NCBI GenBank assembly: GCA_043821645.1
Contig: JBDRCO010000094.1
Location: 70,769-134,768, forward strand
Length of the DNA: 64,000 nt
Source of the DNA: Pseudomonadota bacterium
GTDB taxonomy: Bacteria > Myxococcota > JACRCW01 > JAFGSX01
Reading direction: 5' to 3'
Shown here: positions 20,925 through 31,417 of the stretch, one piece after another
Layout: the number at the start of each line of letters is the position of its first letter
Numbering within the stretch: position 1 is the first letter of the stretch
Translations under genes and position numbers: made by a program
The notes under the pieces: model-generated
Databases searched by the model: none
What the model saw: only the letters and a program-made list of their open reading frames with translations
What the model was told of the DNA's origin: nothing

Positions 20925-21800
20925 TCAGACCACGAAGTCCAGCATCTGCACGCGGGTCAGATAGTCGTCCAGGCGCAAGCTGAAATCGTCGATGAGGTGG
21001 TCAAGCTGCAGATCCACGCGGTCTCCGTCTTGGTCGACGACACTCCCGCTGACCGGGAACTCCTGCCCGCTCGCCACCAGGCACAGCACGCCGCTCAGAC
21101 TGTCTCCCACCTTGAGCGCGCTGCCCGCAGGTTGCCTCATCAGGAAGTGGGTGCGGGACATCTCCAGGAGTTCGACCTGGCTATGATCGTCGAGGCGCAG
21201 GTGGGACGGCAGCTCCGGGGGCGGCGCCACGCGGTAGTTCACGCGACGATTCTTGCGGATCAGCTCCTCGAGTGTCTGGTGCAGGTTCTCGCTGATCGGT
21301 GTCTCGACGCTCTCGAGCACGAGGTCACGCGCCCGCTTCATGGCCTTCTGGGTGCGAATGATGTTACCACGCATGTCCTCGATCCGCGTCTGGTCGCGCC
21401 GGGTCTTGTCGGCAAGGATCTGCAGCATGGACTGGTAAAACGGAGCCGCGACGTCGGCGTGCTGTTGCAGGTACTCCAGCAAGCGGCTGCTGGACACCTG
21501 CCAGATCGTCGACGCCAGCAACGCGCGTGCAGTGGTGTTGCGACGCAGACCGGTGATCGCCCCCAGCTCGCCGATGGGTGCCACGGGCAGGAGTCTGAAG
21601 CGCACATCCCCGTTCTCGTAGAGCCCCACCTCTCCCTCGGTCAACAGGTAGAGCGCCTCGGCCACGCTGCCCGCCGCAAAAATTTCCTGGCCCGCCTCGA
21701 GCCGCCGTCCCTCGAACAGATCGGCCAGGGCCTGCACATGCTGCTCTTGCATGGCCGTGAACAGCGGGATTTGCCGTAGAGTCGTGTGCTGGAGCGTCAT
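20925..21800 (-). CDS. cyclic-nucleotide-binding domain protein with coiled coil and degenerate PilZ-like C-terminus
   Basis: LRQIPLF...LYLLTEGEV...IGELGAITGLRRNTTARA; C-terminal RRVNYRV...LLEMSRT followed by beta-rich segments. Confidence 0.8.
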   Translation of the reverse strand: MTLQHTTLRQIPLFTAMQEQHVQALADLFEGRRLEAGQEIFAAGSVAEALYLLTEGEVGLYENGDVRFRLLPVAPIGELGAITGLRRNTTARALLASTIWQVSSSRLLEYLQQHADVAAPFYQSMLQILADKTRRDQTRIEDMRGNIIRTQKAMKRARDLVLESVETPISENLHQTLEELIRKNRRVNYRVAPPPELPSHLRLDDHSQVELLEMSRTHFLMRQPAGSALKVGDSLSGVLCLVASGQEFPVSGSVVDQDGDRVDLQLDHLIDDFSLRLDDYLTRVQMLDFVV

Positions 21801-21973
21801 GGTGCGGCCTCCTCGCCGAGCACCAAGTCTACCCAGGTCGGTGCCAGCTTGTCAGCATGGCCTTTGCACCGAAAGTCGAGATAAGAGCACGGACGATGCC
21901 GCTTCCCGTCGTCGGGCAGCGGGTCCTGAGGTAGGGTCTTTCGGGGTGCTGACCACCCCGGACAGGACTCCCG

Positions 21974-23890
21974 ATGGGACACATCCCGCTGCTGAGCGAA
22001 ATTGTCGTCGTCGCCGTGGTGGCAGTCGTGGTCGTGCTGGTCCTCGCCCGGCTGCGCCTGCCAACGGTGCTCGGCCTGATCCTGGCGGGCACCGTGGTCG
22101 GTCCCGGCGGTCTGAGCCTGGTCGACGATCTGCACAACATCGAAGCCCTCGCCGAGGTCGGCGTGGTGCTGCTGCTGTTCACGGTCGGCCTGGAGTTTTC
22201 ACTGCGTCGCCTTCGCCCCATCGCGCGCCTCATCGTGGCCGGCGGCACTCTCCAGGTTGGAGCCAGCATCGCCCTCGCTGTTGGGGTCTCGCAACTCCTC
22301 GGCGCAACCACGAACCAGGGTGTGTTTCTGGGATTCCTGGTCGCCCTGTCGTCGACCGCCATCGTGCTCAGAACGCTGGCGGACCGGGGCGAGCTCCAGG
22401 CTCCGCATGGCAGCTTCATCGTCGGTGTCCTCATCTTCCAGGACCTCTGTGTGGTCCCCATGGTCCTGATCACCCCCCTGCTGACCACAGGCTCCGGGGC
22501 CGACATCGGCCTGCCCCTGGCCCTGGCGCTGGGCAAGGCCGTGGCCATCGTCGCGGTCGCTCTGCTGGTGGTGCGGCCCCTCGTGCCGCGTGTGCTCGCC
22601 ATCGTCGACGCCCGGCGCTCGCGCGACATCTTCTTGCTCGCCGTGCTCAGCCTGTGTGCGGGCGTCGCCTGGTTGACCTCCCTCGCCGGGCTGTCCCTGG
22701 CTCTCGGCGCCTTCCTGGCTGGACTGGTGCTCGCGGACACCGATTTTCGCGAGCGCGCCCTGGGGGACGTGCTGCCGCTGCGCGATGTGTTCACCAGCCT
22801 TTTCTTCGTGTCCCTCGGCATGCTCTTCGACCCGCGTGTGCTCTTCGACAAGCCCCTGTTCGTCGGGCTGCTGCTCCTTGGCTTCGTCGGGGGCAAGGGT
22901 CTCATCGGGATGGTGGCAGCCCTGGTCATGCGCCTCCCCAGCCGCGTGGCCTGGCTTGCGGGCGTGGGCCTGGCGCAGTTCAGCGAGTTTGGCTTTGTCC
23001 TCGTCAAGCTGGGCGAGCAGAGCCAGACCATCGATGCGCAGACCTCGCAGGTCATCATCGCAGCTGGCGTGCTGAGCATGCTGGCCACACCCCTGCTCAT
23101 CCGCAGTGCGCCACACATCACGGCCGGCGAAGCCCTGCTGCGCCCGCTGGCGCGGCTGCTCGGCGCGCGCTCCATCGACGAGCCCGCTGCGGAGCACGTG
23201 GCGTTGCAGGATCACGTGGTCATCGTTGGCTTTGGTGTCGCCGGTCGCTTGCTGGCCCGCGCTCTCCACCAGGTCGAGGTGCCCTACCTGATCCTCGAAC
23301 TCAACGCGGAGACCGTCCGACGTGCCCGCGCGGCTGGCGAGCCTGCTTACTATGCGGACATCAGCAGCGTCGAGGCGCTGGATCACGCCCGCGTGCAGCA
23401 TGCGCGAGCACTCGTGTTGCTGCTCAAGGACACGGGCGCGGCGCTCCGCACCATCAGCCTGATGCGCGACCATGCGCCGGGCATCCCGGTGCTCGTGCGC
23501 ACCCCCTACCTGGCATCGGTGCCCGAGCTGCTCGCTGCTGGAGCGGCGGACGTGGTCAGCGAGGAACTCTCCGCCGGCGTGGCCATCCTGCGACGCCTCC
23601 CCGCGCACCTGCCGCAAAACAGCCTGGCCACCCGGGTGCTGTCGCACATGCGCGTGGTCAGCGTCACCATCGCCGGTGGGGACTGGGCTGCCGGGCGCCG
23701 TCCAGAGATCCTGCCCCTGGGTGCCACGGCACAGGTCCTCGCTGTGGCAGCGCGCGACCAGGTCAGCTACGTCAATCAGGTCGATCCCCGGGAGGCGCTG
23801 CACGCCGGCGACGTCGTGTTCGTGACCTGCGAGGATAAGGAAGCCGACCACATCACACAGGCCATCCGGACCGGGCCAGCTCCTCGCTAG
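21974..23890 (+). CDS. CPA2 cation:proton antiporter (KefB/KefC/YbaL-like) with TrkA-N and TrkA-C domains
   Basis: LAEVGVVLLLFTVGLEFS, ALSSTAIV, LIFQDL, LAQFSEFGFVL, HVVIVGFGVAG. Confidence 0.93.
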   Translation: MGHIPLLSEIVVVAVVAVVVVLVLARLRLPTVLGLILAGTVVGPGGLSLVDDLHNIEALAEVGVVLLLFTVGLEFSLRRLRPIARLIVAGGTLQVGASIALAVGVSQLLGATTNQGVFLGFLVALSSTAIVLRTLADRGELQAPHGSFIVGVLIFQDLCVVPMVLITPLLTTGSGADIGLPLALALGKAVAIVAVALLVVRPLVPRVLAIVDARRSRDIFLLAVLSLCAGVAWLTSLAGLSLALGAFLAGLVLADTDFRERALGDVLPLRDVFTSLFFVSLGMLFDPRVLFDKPLFVGLLLLGFVGGKGLIGMVAALVMRLPSRVAWLAGVGLAQFSEFGFVLVKLGEQSQTIDAQTSQVIIAAGVLSMLATPLLIRSAPHITAGEALLRPLARLLGARSIDEPAAEHVALQDHVVIVGFGVAGRLLARALHQVEVPYLILELNAETVRRARAAGEPAYYADISSVEALDHARVQHARALVLLLKDTGAALRTISLMRDHAPGIPVLVRTPYLASVPELLAAGAADVVSEELSAGVAILRRLPAHLPQNSLATRVLSHMRVVSVTIAGGDWAAGRRPEILPLGATAQVLAVAARDQVSYVNQVDPREALHAGDVVFVTCEDKEADHITQAIRTGPAPR

Positions 23891-24003
23891 AAAGACATCC
23901 GGTCGCCATGACGGCGTGTGGTGAGTATAAACAAAGCTGCGTCACAAGAGTGCGGCTTCACATCGGCCGGGAGGCAGTCCTCCCCGCCCGCGACCCGGCA
24001 CGC

Positions 24004-26064
24004 TCAGGTCCTGAACCGACCAAGTTCAGCGCGAAGATCGTTGGCCTGCTGTTGCAGGGACTCGATCACCTCCTCGAGGTGACGGACCGACGTGTTCTGC
24101 TTGCCGCTGACGTCCTCGATGGCGCGCACGGCCAGCAGCACCTTGTCCGCGTTGAAGATCTGGCCCTTCTGACCCTCTCCCACCTGGCGCACCATCTCGT
24201 TGATGCGCTCGATGGACTCGATGACCTTGCGCGAACCCGTGGCCTGCTCCTGACTCGACGCGTAGACCTGGGTGTTGATCTGGTTCATCTTGCCCGTGCT
24301 CTGGATGATGAGCTCGGAGCCGCGTGCCTGCTCGGTAGAGGCGCGATTGATCTGGCCCACCGTGTCCGCGATGCGGTTCACCGCGGCGGTGATCACCTTG
24401 TTGCCCGAGGCCTGCTCGACGGTGGCACGGGCGATCTGCTGCACCATCTGCGTGGCTTCCCTCGCAGAGACCTGGATACCCTGCAGCGCCCTCGATGCCT
24501 CGCGCCCGAGTTGCACACCCTGCTGTACCGACTCCATGCCGCGCTCCATGGCCTGGATCGCCTGTTGCGAGTCTCCCTGCACGTTGCGGATCAGCTCGGT
24601 GATCTCCTTGGTCGAGGTCTTGGTGCGATCCGCCAGGGCACGGATCTCCTCGGCGACGACGCTGAATCCTCGACCGTGCTCTCCAGCCTGGGCCGAGATG
24701 ATGGCCGCATTGAGCGCCAGCAGGTTGGTCTGCTCCGTAATCTCGTCGATGACGTGCAGGATCTTGCCCACCTCGAGGATACGGCGGATCAACTGATCGA
24801 TGGTGGTGCTGGTGGCGTCGAAGGACTGGCGGATCATCTCCACGCCATCCAGGGTCTTCTGCAGCGCCTCGACCCCGAGATCTGCGTTGTCCGCCACGCG
24901 CTTGGATAGATCCGCCGTCTTGCCCGAATTGCGCTCCACCGCGGCGAGGGTCGTCTCCATCTGGGTCATCGAGGTCGAAGTGTCGCCCACCGCGGCATTG
25001 ACCTGTTCGATGCTGCCCGCGATCTCGCGGATCGAGAAAGCCATGCCGTCGATGGCGTTGGTGGTCTCGGACACGAAGCGCGCCATGGCCTCGGTATTGC
25101 GCACCGCCTGCTCGTTGACGGTGGCCATCTCGTGGATCGTGGCAGAGCCATGCTCGGCGCTCTCGTGCAGAACCTCGACGCTGTTCTGGGTACCCTGGAT
25201 GGTGGACAGCATGTCCTGCATTAGCTGCGAGGCTTCCTCGACCCGCGACTGGATGGTAGCTGCACCGTTGGCCACCGCTTGACCCGAGCTTGAGATCTGG
25301 TGGATGACATCCCCTAGGGCATCTGCCAGCCGGCGCAGGGCGCTGAGCAAGGTGCGCTGCCTGCCGACCATCTGGCGGAAGCTGTCGGACAGCTCACCGA
25401 TCTCGTCGTTCGCTTGCACGTCGATGGGCTGGGTCAGGTCCCCACTCGACACGATGGCCGTGGTCACCTGGGTGAGCCGCGCCACGGGATTGATAACGAG
25501 GCGCCCGAGCATCAGGCTCAAGGCGAGCAAGCCTGCGCCAAACACCGCGATCATGGTGAGGGCGATGAGGATGACATTCCCTCGCCGCTCCTTCTGCTGA
25601 CTCTCGGTCGAGAACCCGATTTGAAGCATGCCCAGCGTGTCGGATTTGGTCTCGATGGGTGCCAGCACGTTCAGCATGCCGTCTCGTTCGATGACCGTGA
25701 CCTCGTGCCGCAATTCCTTGGAGAGCTGGGGGACCTTCACGCTGTTTGGATTCCAGGTGGTCAACACCGTCCCATTATCGCGGCGGATGGCTCCATAGGT
25801 GGCACCGGGAGCGTCGGCCAGCAGTGCCAGCAACTTCTGCAATTCCTCGGGGCCCTGCAAGTCCGCGAGGTCATAGGGCACGCGAGCGGCACTCGCGAGC
25901 ACCAGTGCGATGCCCTGCGCCTGGCGCTCCGACCACAAGCGAGCAGCGCTGTTCATGCGCACCGGGATGAAGATACTCAGGAACAACACGATCAACGCGA
26001 GGAGGGCACCGACCACCGACGTGATCTTGAGCCGTAGTGAAATCCGTCGACGGGGTGCATCCAT
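24004..26064 (-). CDS. methyl-accepting chemotaxis protein (2 TM, HAMP, long signalling domain)
   Basis: [25 protein letters not shown] (HAMP); [40 protein letters not shown] (hairpin tip). Confidence 0.95.
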   Translation of the reverse strand: MDAPRRRISLRLKITSVVGALLALIVLFLSIFIPVRMNSAARLWSERQAQGIALVLASAARVPYDLADLQGPEELQKLLALLADAPGATYGAIRRDNGTVLTTWNPNSVKVPQLSKELRHEVTVIERDGMLNVLAPIETKSDTLGMLQIGFSTESQQKERRGNVILIALTMIAVFGAGLLALSLMLGRLVINPVARLTQVTTAIVSSGDLTQPIDVQANDEIGELSDSFRQMVGRQRTLLSALRRLADALGDVIHQISSSGQAVANGAATIQSRVEEASQLMQDMLSTIQGTQNSVEVLHESAEHGSATIHEMATVNEQAVRNTEAMARFVSETTNAIDGMAFSIREIAGSIEQVNAAVGDTSTSMTQMETTLAAVERNSGKTADLSKRVADNADLGVEALQKTLDGVEMIRQSFDATSTTIDQLIRRILEVGKILHVIDEITEQTNLLALNAAIISAQAGEHGRGFSVVAEEIRALADRTKTSTKEITELIRNVQGDSQQAIQAMERGMESVQQGVQLGREASRALQGIQVSAREATQMVQQIARATVEQASGNKVITAAVNRIADTVGQINRASTEQARGSELIIQSTGKMNQINTQVYASSQEQATGSRKVIESIERINEMVRQVGEGQKGQIFNADKVLLAVRAIEDVSGKQNTSVRHLEEVIESLQQQANDLRAELGRFRT

Positions 26065-26129
26065 GGCGACACAAAAGAAGAAAGAGTAACAACAATCAAG
26101 GGTTTTCGACGATAGAGGGGACCCGCTGA

Positions 26130-26726
26130 TCAGCGCACGATCTTGGCCAGAGCCAGGAGCTGGGAAGAAAAGTTGTGACCCTCGCGCGCCGCCTGGGTGA
26201 CATTGACGATGATCTGTGGCCGGCCATCCCCCTTGACGCCAAGGGCAACCGAGACCCAACCTTTCTCCGCGTCGCCGGCCACTCCAGACACGGAGAGGGA
26301 TCCCGACTTCAGGCAGGCCTTGCCCACCAGCTCCGCACTGACCTCGGGCATGGCGTAAGCCACGTCGGTGTTCGCCATCATCGCCGGAAGACCCGCTAGG
26401 GTGCTCTGGCTGACCTTCATGCCCACACTCGTCATGGCCTGGGTGATGGCACGTACCTCGTCGGTCAGGGCCTCGTGCACGACGACCACACGGATCGGAT
26501 CCTGGCGACCCTCGAACTTCTTGTCGTACTTGAACATCTTGGCGAACAGTGCAGCCTGCAGGTTGGCCGGAACCTGCGGTATGGCCTGGGCGGTGGCGAT
26601 CCCACCCAGAAGGGCCAGCAACAGCACGCCGGCTTTGCGCCTGCACCTGCGAAATCCAAGCCCCATGCACCTGGAGATGGCACGATGGGCCGCCCTGGGT
26701 TCCCGCGCTTCAGCGTTTGAAGCCAT
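26130..26726 (-). CDS. YfiR/HmsC (DUF4154) family periplasmic protein
   Basis: ATG at 26726 with AGGAG RBS; signal peptide; [13 protein letters not shown]...[29 protein letters not shown]. Confidence 0.82.
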   Translation of the reverse strand: MASNAEAREPRAAHRAISRCMGLGFRRCRRKAGVLLLALLGGIATAQAIPQVPANLQAALFAKMFKYDKKFEGRQDPIRVVVVHEALTDEVRAITQAMTSVGMKVSQSTLAGLPAMMANTDVAYAMPEVSAELVGKACLKSGSLSVSGVAGDAEKGWVSVALGVKGDGRPQIIVNVTQAAREGHNFSSQLLALAKIVR

Positions 26727-26801
26727 GAATCTCCTGCCTGCGTCGCCCGGTCGCTCCTGCTCTGACGCCACGGGCCCTCGCACATTCACACTGGACCCAC
26801 C

Positions 26802-27890
26802 TCAGTTGATGGTGCCCACGACGCCCTCGACAAAGGCATCCATGCTGAGCATCTCAGCGTCGGTCAACGCCTCGCCCGCCGCCTTCCAGGTGCTGCCATC
26901 CTGCTTGTGGAAGGGGCCCTGGAACACGTCCCAGGTCTTGTTGATGAGGCTGCTCTGGACAGTCTCGACCCGGGTGCGCACACCTTGTGGCACGAAGGAG
27001 GCCATCGGGGCGAGGCCGACGATGCCATCCTCATATCCCCCCCAGTAGGTCTCATTGCTCCAGGTGCCATCCTTGACCCCCTGGATTTTACGCTGGTAAT
27101 AGGGCCCCCAGTTCCACACCGGGCTGGTCAGCACGGTGTTCGGTGCATACGAAGCCATGTCGCTGTCATAGCCCACCGCGTAGATGCCAGCGTTCTGGGC
27201 CCTGAGCACCGCAGCAGTGCTGTCCTGGTGCTGGGCCATCACGTCGACGCCCTGGCCAATCAAGGTATCGGCTGCCGCACCCTCGACGTTGGGATCGAAC
27301 CAGGTGCTGGTCCACTCGACGTGGACAGTGGCGCCCGACGCCACCGAGCGCACGCCCAGGGTGAAGGCGTTGATGCCGCGTATCACCTCAGGGATGGGAA
27401 AGGCCGCCACGTATCCGATCTTCCCGGCGGGGCTCAAACTGCCCGCGACGATGCCGCTGAGATAGCGCGCCTGATACATGCGACCAAAGTAGTTGGTCAT
27501 GTTGGCGGCGGTCTTGTAGCCCGAGCAGTGCTCGAACTTGATGTCCGGGAACTCAGCCGCCACGGTCTCTGTCGGATCCATGTAGCCGTAGCTGGTGGTG
27601 AAGATGATGTCATTGCCAGCGCCGGCAAGCTCCCGGATCTTGGCCGTGGCATCGGCGCCCTCGGGAACGTTCTCGGCAAAGCTCGTCGTCAGGAAGCTCA
27701 GGGAGGCCTCGGCATCCAGGCGCCCCTGGTTGTGGGCGTAAGTCCAGCCGCCGTCGCCGATGGCAGAGACATAGACCCAGGCAGCCTTGATGGCGTCGTC
27801 ATCGTCGTCATCTGGCGGTGGCGGGCATCCGCCCAGAAGCAGCATGGCCAGCCCCGTCGCCATCAGCGTCACCAGACTCACATTCTTCAT
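26802..27890 (-). CDS. BMP family (PnrA/Med-like) substrate-binding lipoprotein, copy 2
   Basis: Lipobox LGGC; GDGGWTYAHNQGR, IFTTSYGYMD, FEHCSGYK, YFGRMYQARYLSG, PIPEVIRGINAF. Confidence 0.93.
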   Translation of the reverse strand: MKNVSLVTLMATGLAMLLLGGCPPPPDDDDDDAIKAAWVYVSAIGDGGWTYAHNQGRLDAEASLSFLTTSFAENVPEGADATAKIRELAGAGNDIIFTTSYGYMDPTETVAAEFPDIKFEHCSGYKTAANMTNYFGRMYQARYLSGIVAGSLSPAGKIGYVAAFPIPEVIRGINAFTLGVRSVASGATVHVEWTSTWFDPNVEGAAADTLIGQGVDVMAQHQDSTAAVLRAQNAGIYAVGYDSDMASYAPNTVLTSPVWNWGPYYQRKIQGVKDGTWSNETYWGGYEDGIVGLAPMASFVPQGVRTRVETVQSSLINKTWDVFQGPFHKQDGSTWKAAGEALTDAEMLSMDAFVEGVVGTIN

Positions 27891-27941
27891 CGCAACCACC
27901 TCCCGGCTCGCCATGCTGTGCGCGGAGCCCTTTTTAGATTT

Positions 27942-30131
27942 CTAGAATTCCTGGCGCAGTTGCAGCACGAAGCTGCGCCCGACAAGGGGATAGTCCACGC
28001 CTCCGAAGCCCGGATCCGGACCCCTGTCGTCGAGCAGGTTGCGGGCGATGAACGTTATGGCCGTCTCCTTCGTGGGTGCGAAGAGATGCCAGCCTGCCGT
28101 TCCCACCGACGCCCCGAGCTGAACCGTGGCGGGCAAGTAGTAGTCCCGGCCCGCAGCCAGGATGTTGGTGGCACTGGCGCGTCGCCGCGATGCCGCGCTG
28201 ACCTCGACGCCGGCGCGGAGAGGCAGCCACGGCAGGGTGTAGCGGAGCCCTCCATTGGCGATGGCAGGAGGGTACAGCACGTTGTCCGTGCCCACGCGCT
28301 CGGCCCGGTAGCCCTCCTCGCCACTGAGGCGCTGGGTCGAGTTGATGCCGAGGTTCACGTAACCATGCACACCGCTGTGGTGACGGACCAGCAGCTCTGC
28401 CTCGACGTTCATGGCGTGAATCTCGGCCACGTTGCGAGCCACCTGGTTGACGCCCTGGGGCGTGAACTCCGAGGTATCCCACAGCAACTGATAGCCTGCG
28501 CCGAGACTCAGGACGAGCCACCGCGCATGCTCGTAGGCGGCCTGAGCCTCGATCGAATAGACCTGCTGTGCGCGAAGATCGGGGTTGCCTATGACATCGC
28601 CGGCCCGGAACGGTACCGCGTAGAGCTGGTAAGGCGAGGGCGCCTTGTAGGCATTGCCCAAGATGGCCTTGAGGTGAACCCCTCTCGCGGGCGTCGACAC
28701 CGCGGCCAGTCGCCCGGACACGTGGTGACCGTAGATGTTGTGGTAGTCGTAGCGGGCACCGGCCGTGAGTCCGAGCATCTTGCCAAAGGGTTTCCAGATG
28801 ACCTGTGTGCTGGCGCCCGGGTTGACCAGGGACTGCTCACCCTGGCGCGTCGAGGTGGGCTCGTAGATCGTGCCGGCGGCGCTGTCCCCGGCACTGCCCT
28901 TGAGCACGCGAAGGGTCGACGGCTTCTGCTCCTGGTCCCAGATGAGCCCGACATTGCCGAGCACGAGCAGGCCCTCGTTGAAGCGCCATGCGCCCGTGGC
29001 GTCGAGCTCGGCGCCCCGGTAACCAAGTTCTCGACGGACGTAGAACACGTCGCTGCCGACATCCACACGGTCGTTGGGCGTCACCCCGCCCGCGAAGTAG
29101 GTGGCACGGACGCCGAGGTCCAGGGCCTCGAACAAGCGGGTGTCGAACTGCAGGTTGACGAGCCCCTGGGCCAGGGAGGTTCGGTTCTCGTTGAAGCGCC
29201 CCTTGTCGTCGACGCCGTAGCCCAGCTGCAGCCAGTCCGCGAACTCGCCACCGGCGTCGAAAGCGGACAGGTAGGCAGCAAGCTGCAGGCGCGTCTCGGG
29301 ACCGAAGTGGTAGCCCAGCTTGAGCAGGGCCGTCGCGGTGGATCGGCGCAGTCCGTCAGCCACGCGATCCTCGACGCTGTACGCCGGGAGATTGGGAGCC
29401 GGAGAGGTCTCGGGCAAGTGCAGCCCCGAGCGGTCCTCGCTGTGCAGGCGCGTGGCCACCAGGGCCTCGAAGGGTCCCTGGCGCAGCCCCACGCTCAGGT
29501 CCTGGTCAGCACCCAGGTTGGTGCTGATGGCGTTTCCTCCCAGCCACAGCTCGCCGCCCGCCACCTTGCCCCCGTCGCGGGTGATGATGTTGATGACGCC
29601 CAGAAAAGCATCGGCCCCGTACATGGCCGAGGCCGGTCCGCGGACCACCTCGATGCGCTCGACCGCGGACAGCGGCACCAGCTCGGTGCCAAGCCAGCTA
29701 CCGCCGGTGGAACGAAAGGCCACGCTCTGCCCATCGATCATCACCTTGATCACGCCGCTCTCGGCTCGCAGGCCTCCGGACACGCCGCGCACCGCCAGGT
29801 TGGGCTGGGCGTGATCGTCAATGACATAGAACCCGACCATGTACCGCAGTGCCTCGGCCAGGGAGCTGTAGCCCCAGGCCAGCAACTCCTCCCGCGTGAC
29901 CACGGTGATGATACCGGGGCTCTCGTACAGGTTCTCGGCGGTGCGGGTGGTGGTCACCACGACGTCGAGCAGCTGCTCCAGGGACAGGTCGTCGAGCTCT
30001 CCTGCTGCGCTGTCGTCCGCGGGAGCCACAGCCGCCTCCCCGGCGAGGACATCCGTCGGGACGCCCAGCGCCAGCACGCCAGCAGCGACGAGGACGACAA
30101 GGTGGATGGGTGACGGATTGCGAACCATCAT
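27942..30131 (-). CDS. TonB-dependent receptor
   Basis: Signal peptide; DLSLEQLLDVVVTT; plug VERIEVVRGPASAMYGADAFLGVINIIT; IGNPDLRAQ; ARNLLD; terminal Phe (LRQEF). Confidence 0.95.
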   Translation of the reverse strand: MMVRNPSPIHLVVLVAAGVLALGVPTDVLAGEAAVAPADDSAAGELDDLSLEQLLDVVVTTTRTAENLYESPGIITVVTREELLAWGYSSLAEALRYMVGFYVIDDHAQPNLAVRGVSGGLRAESGVIKVMIDGQSVAFRSTGGSWLGTELVPLSAVERIEVVRGPASAMYGADAFLGVINIITRDGGKVAGGELWLGGNAISTNLGADQDLSVGLRQGPFEALVATRLHSEDRSGLHLPETSPAPNLPAYSVEDRVADGLRRSTATALLKLGYHFGPETRLQLAAYLSAFDAGGEFADWLQLGYGVDDKGRFNENRTSLAQGLVNLQFDTRLFEALDLGVRATYFAGGVTPNDRVDVGSDVFYVRRELGYRGAELDATGAWRFNEGLLVLGNVGLIWDQEQKPSTLRVLKGSAGDSAAGTIYEPTSTRQGEQSLVNPGASTQVIWKPFGKMLGLTAGARYDYHNIYGHHVSGRLAAVSTPARGVHLKAILGNAYKAPSPYQLYAVPFRAGDVIGNPDLRAQQVYSIEAQAAYEHARWLVLSLGAGYQLLWDTSEFTPQGVNQVARNVAEIHAMNVEAELLVRHHSGVHGYVNLGINSTQRLSGEEGYRAERVGTDNVLYPPAIANGGLRYTLPWLPLRAGVEVSAASRRRASATNILAAGRDYYLPATVQLGASVGTAGWHLFAPTKETAITFIARNLLDDRGPDPGFGGVDYPLVGRSFVLQLRQEF

Positions 30132-30165
30132 CAACCTCTGCTCGACGGGCAGGCCCGCGGAGCCA

Positions 30166-31383
30166 TCACGGATAGACGACCTGCCCTTGGTCGATGGTCC
30201 AGAACTCGTACTGGTCCCCGCTGACGTCGCCGTAGGCATCCAGGTCGACCGCCCCCGACGCGCCTGTCAGGTCGATATCCTGACCCGCGCGCACGAGGTC
30301 GAAGGCACGCCCGAGCTCGCGGAAGCTCACGGGTTCTCCGGGCGGCGTCGAGACCTGGTGCAACGCCTCGACCACATGCGCCGCTTCGACCACAGCGTGT
30401 TGACTGCCTGCGAGTTCCCGGGCCAGAGCCCACAGTAGAAGCGCGTCGTAGTAAAAATGCGCGGCCCGGCTCGGGGGTTCGCCCTGCCAGCGCTCGGCGA
30501 AGACGCGCGAGAAGGCGCCGGCCTCCGAGCCGAGGGCGGGCGAGATGCCCGTCATGCCGTCGACGGAGCCCGGCGGGATGTTCTCGACGAAGACCGGGTC
30601 CGTCAGCGAGGGCACGAAGTACCAGCGCTTGCCTCGCACGCTGGTGGCCCACTCCTCGACGATGCGGGCACCCACGGCCGGACTCGCGACCAGGGCCACG
30701 GCCTCCACCTCGGGGCTGAAAGCACGCTGTAACACGTCGCTGAAGCTTTTCAGATCACGCGTGAACGAGAAGATACCGTGCGAGGTTCCACCGAACGTGG
30801 TGAAGCTCACCTGCAGCACGGTGGCCCAGCCAGAGCCGAACTCGTCCCCCTCGTAGATCACCGACATGCGGCGCACGCCGTCCTCGAGCATGCGACGGGC
30901 CAGGGCGGGCCCCAGGACCACCGCCGACGGCACGGTCCTGAACCACAGGCCATCGTCCCGCGCGAAGCGCAGCGTCGGTGCCGTGACACCGCCCGAGATG
31001 GTGACCACGCGGCGCTCCCGGATCAAGTCCAGGCTGCGCAGAGCCAGATCGTCTTCCTGGGGGCCGAACAGTGCCTGGACCGCGTGGTAGCCCAGGAGTT
31101 CGCGGGTCGCCTGCAAGCCCTGACGCAGATCCGAGCGCGTGTCCGCCGAATGCACGCACACGGGCTGACCACTCACCCCACCCGCGGCACTCACCTCTTC
31201 GGCGGCCAGCAACAGCGCGCGCTCGATGTTGGTCGCGGCACTGGCCAGCCCACCGGTGAAGGGCAGCAGCGCACCCACGCCGGTGCAGGGCTCCTCGACG
31301 GGAGCTGCGCACGCCAGCACAGGCCACAGCCAGAAGGCCGTGCGTATCCATCGCCCCGGCCTGGTCAGCGCCCCTGGCCTCAT
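30166..31383 (-). CDS. LivJ/K-like (Peripla_BP_6) substrate-binding lipoprotein, copy 2
   Basis: VLAC lipobox-like; VGALLPFTG...LAAEEVSAAGGVSG; WFRTVPS; YYDALLLWALA; DLTGASGAVDLDAYGD. Confidence 0.88.
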   Translation of the reverse strand: MRPGALTRPGRWIRTAFWLWPVLACAAPVEEPCTGVGALLPFTGGLASAATNIERALLLAAEEVSAAGGVSGQPVCVHSADTRSDLRQGLQATRELLGYHAVQALFGPQEDDLALRSLDLIRERRVVTISGGVTAPTLRFARDDGLWFRTVPSAVVLGPALARRMLEDGVRRMSVIYEGDEFGSGWATVLQVSFTTFGGTSHGIFSFTRDLKSFSDVLQRAFSPEVEAVALVASPAVGARIVEEWATSVRGKRWYFVPSLTDPVFVENIPPGSVDGMTGISPALGSEAGAFSRVFAERWQGEPPSRAAHFYYDALLLWALARELAGSQHAVVEAAHVVEALHQVSTPPGEPVSFRELGRAFDLVRAGQDIDLTGASGAVDLDAYGDVSGDQYEFWTIDQGQVVYP

Positions 31384-31417
31384 ACGTGACTCCCGTTCAC
31401 CGACGCAGCGTCGCGGG

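Noticed and set aside
26907-30113. 1068-aa plus-strand ORF and similar long antisense ORFs (54..1211, 3361..4893, 55777..58782)
   Set aside because: They lie opposite well-supported genes and have no recognisable motifs, as expected in GC-rich DNA.
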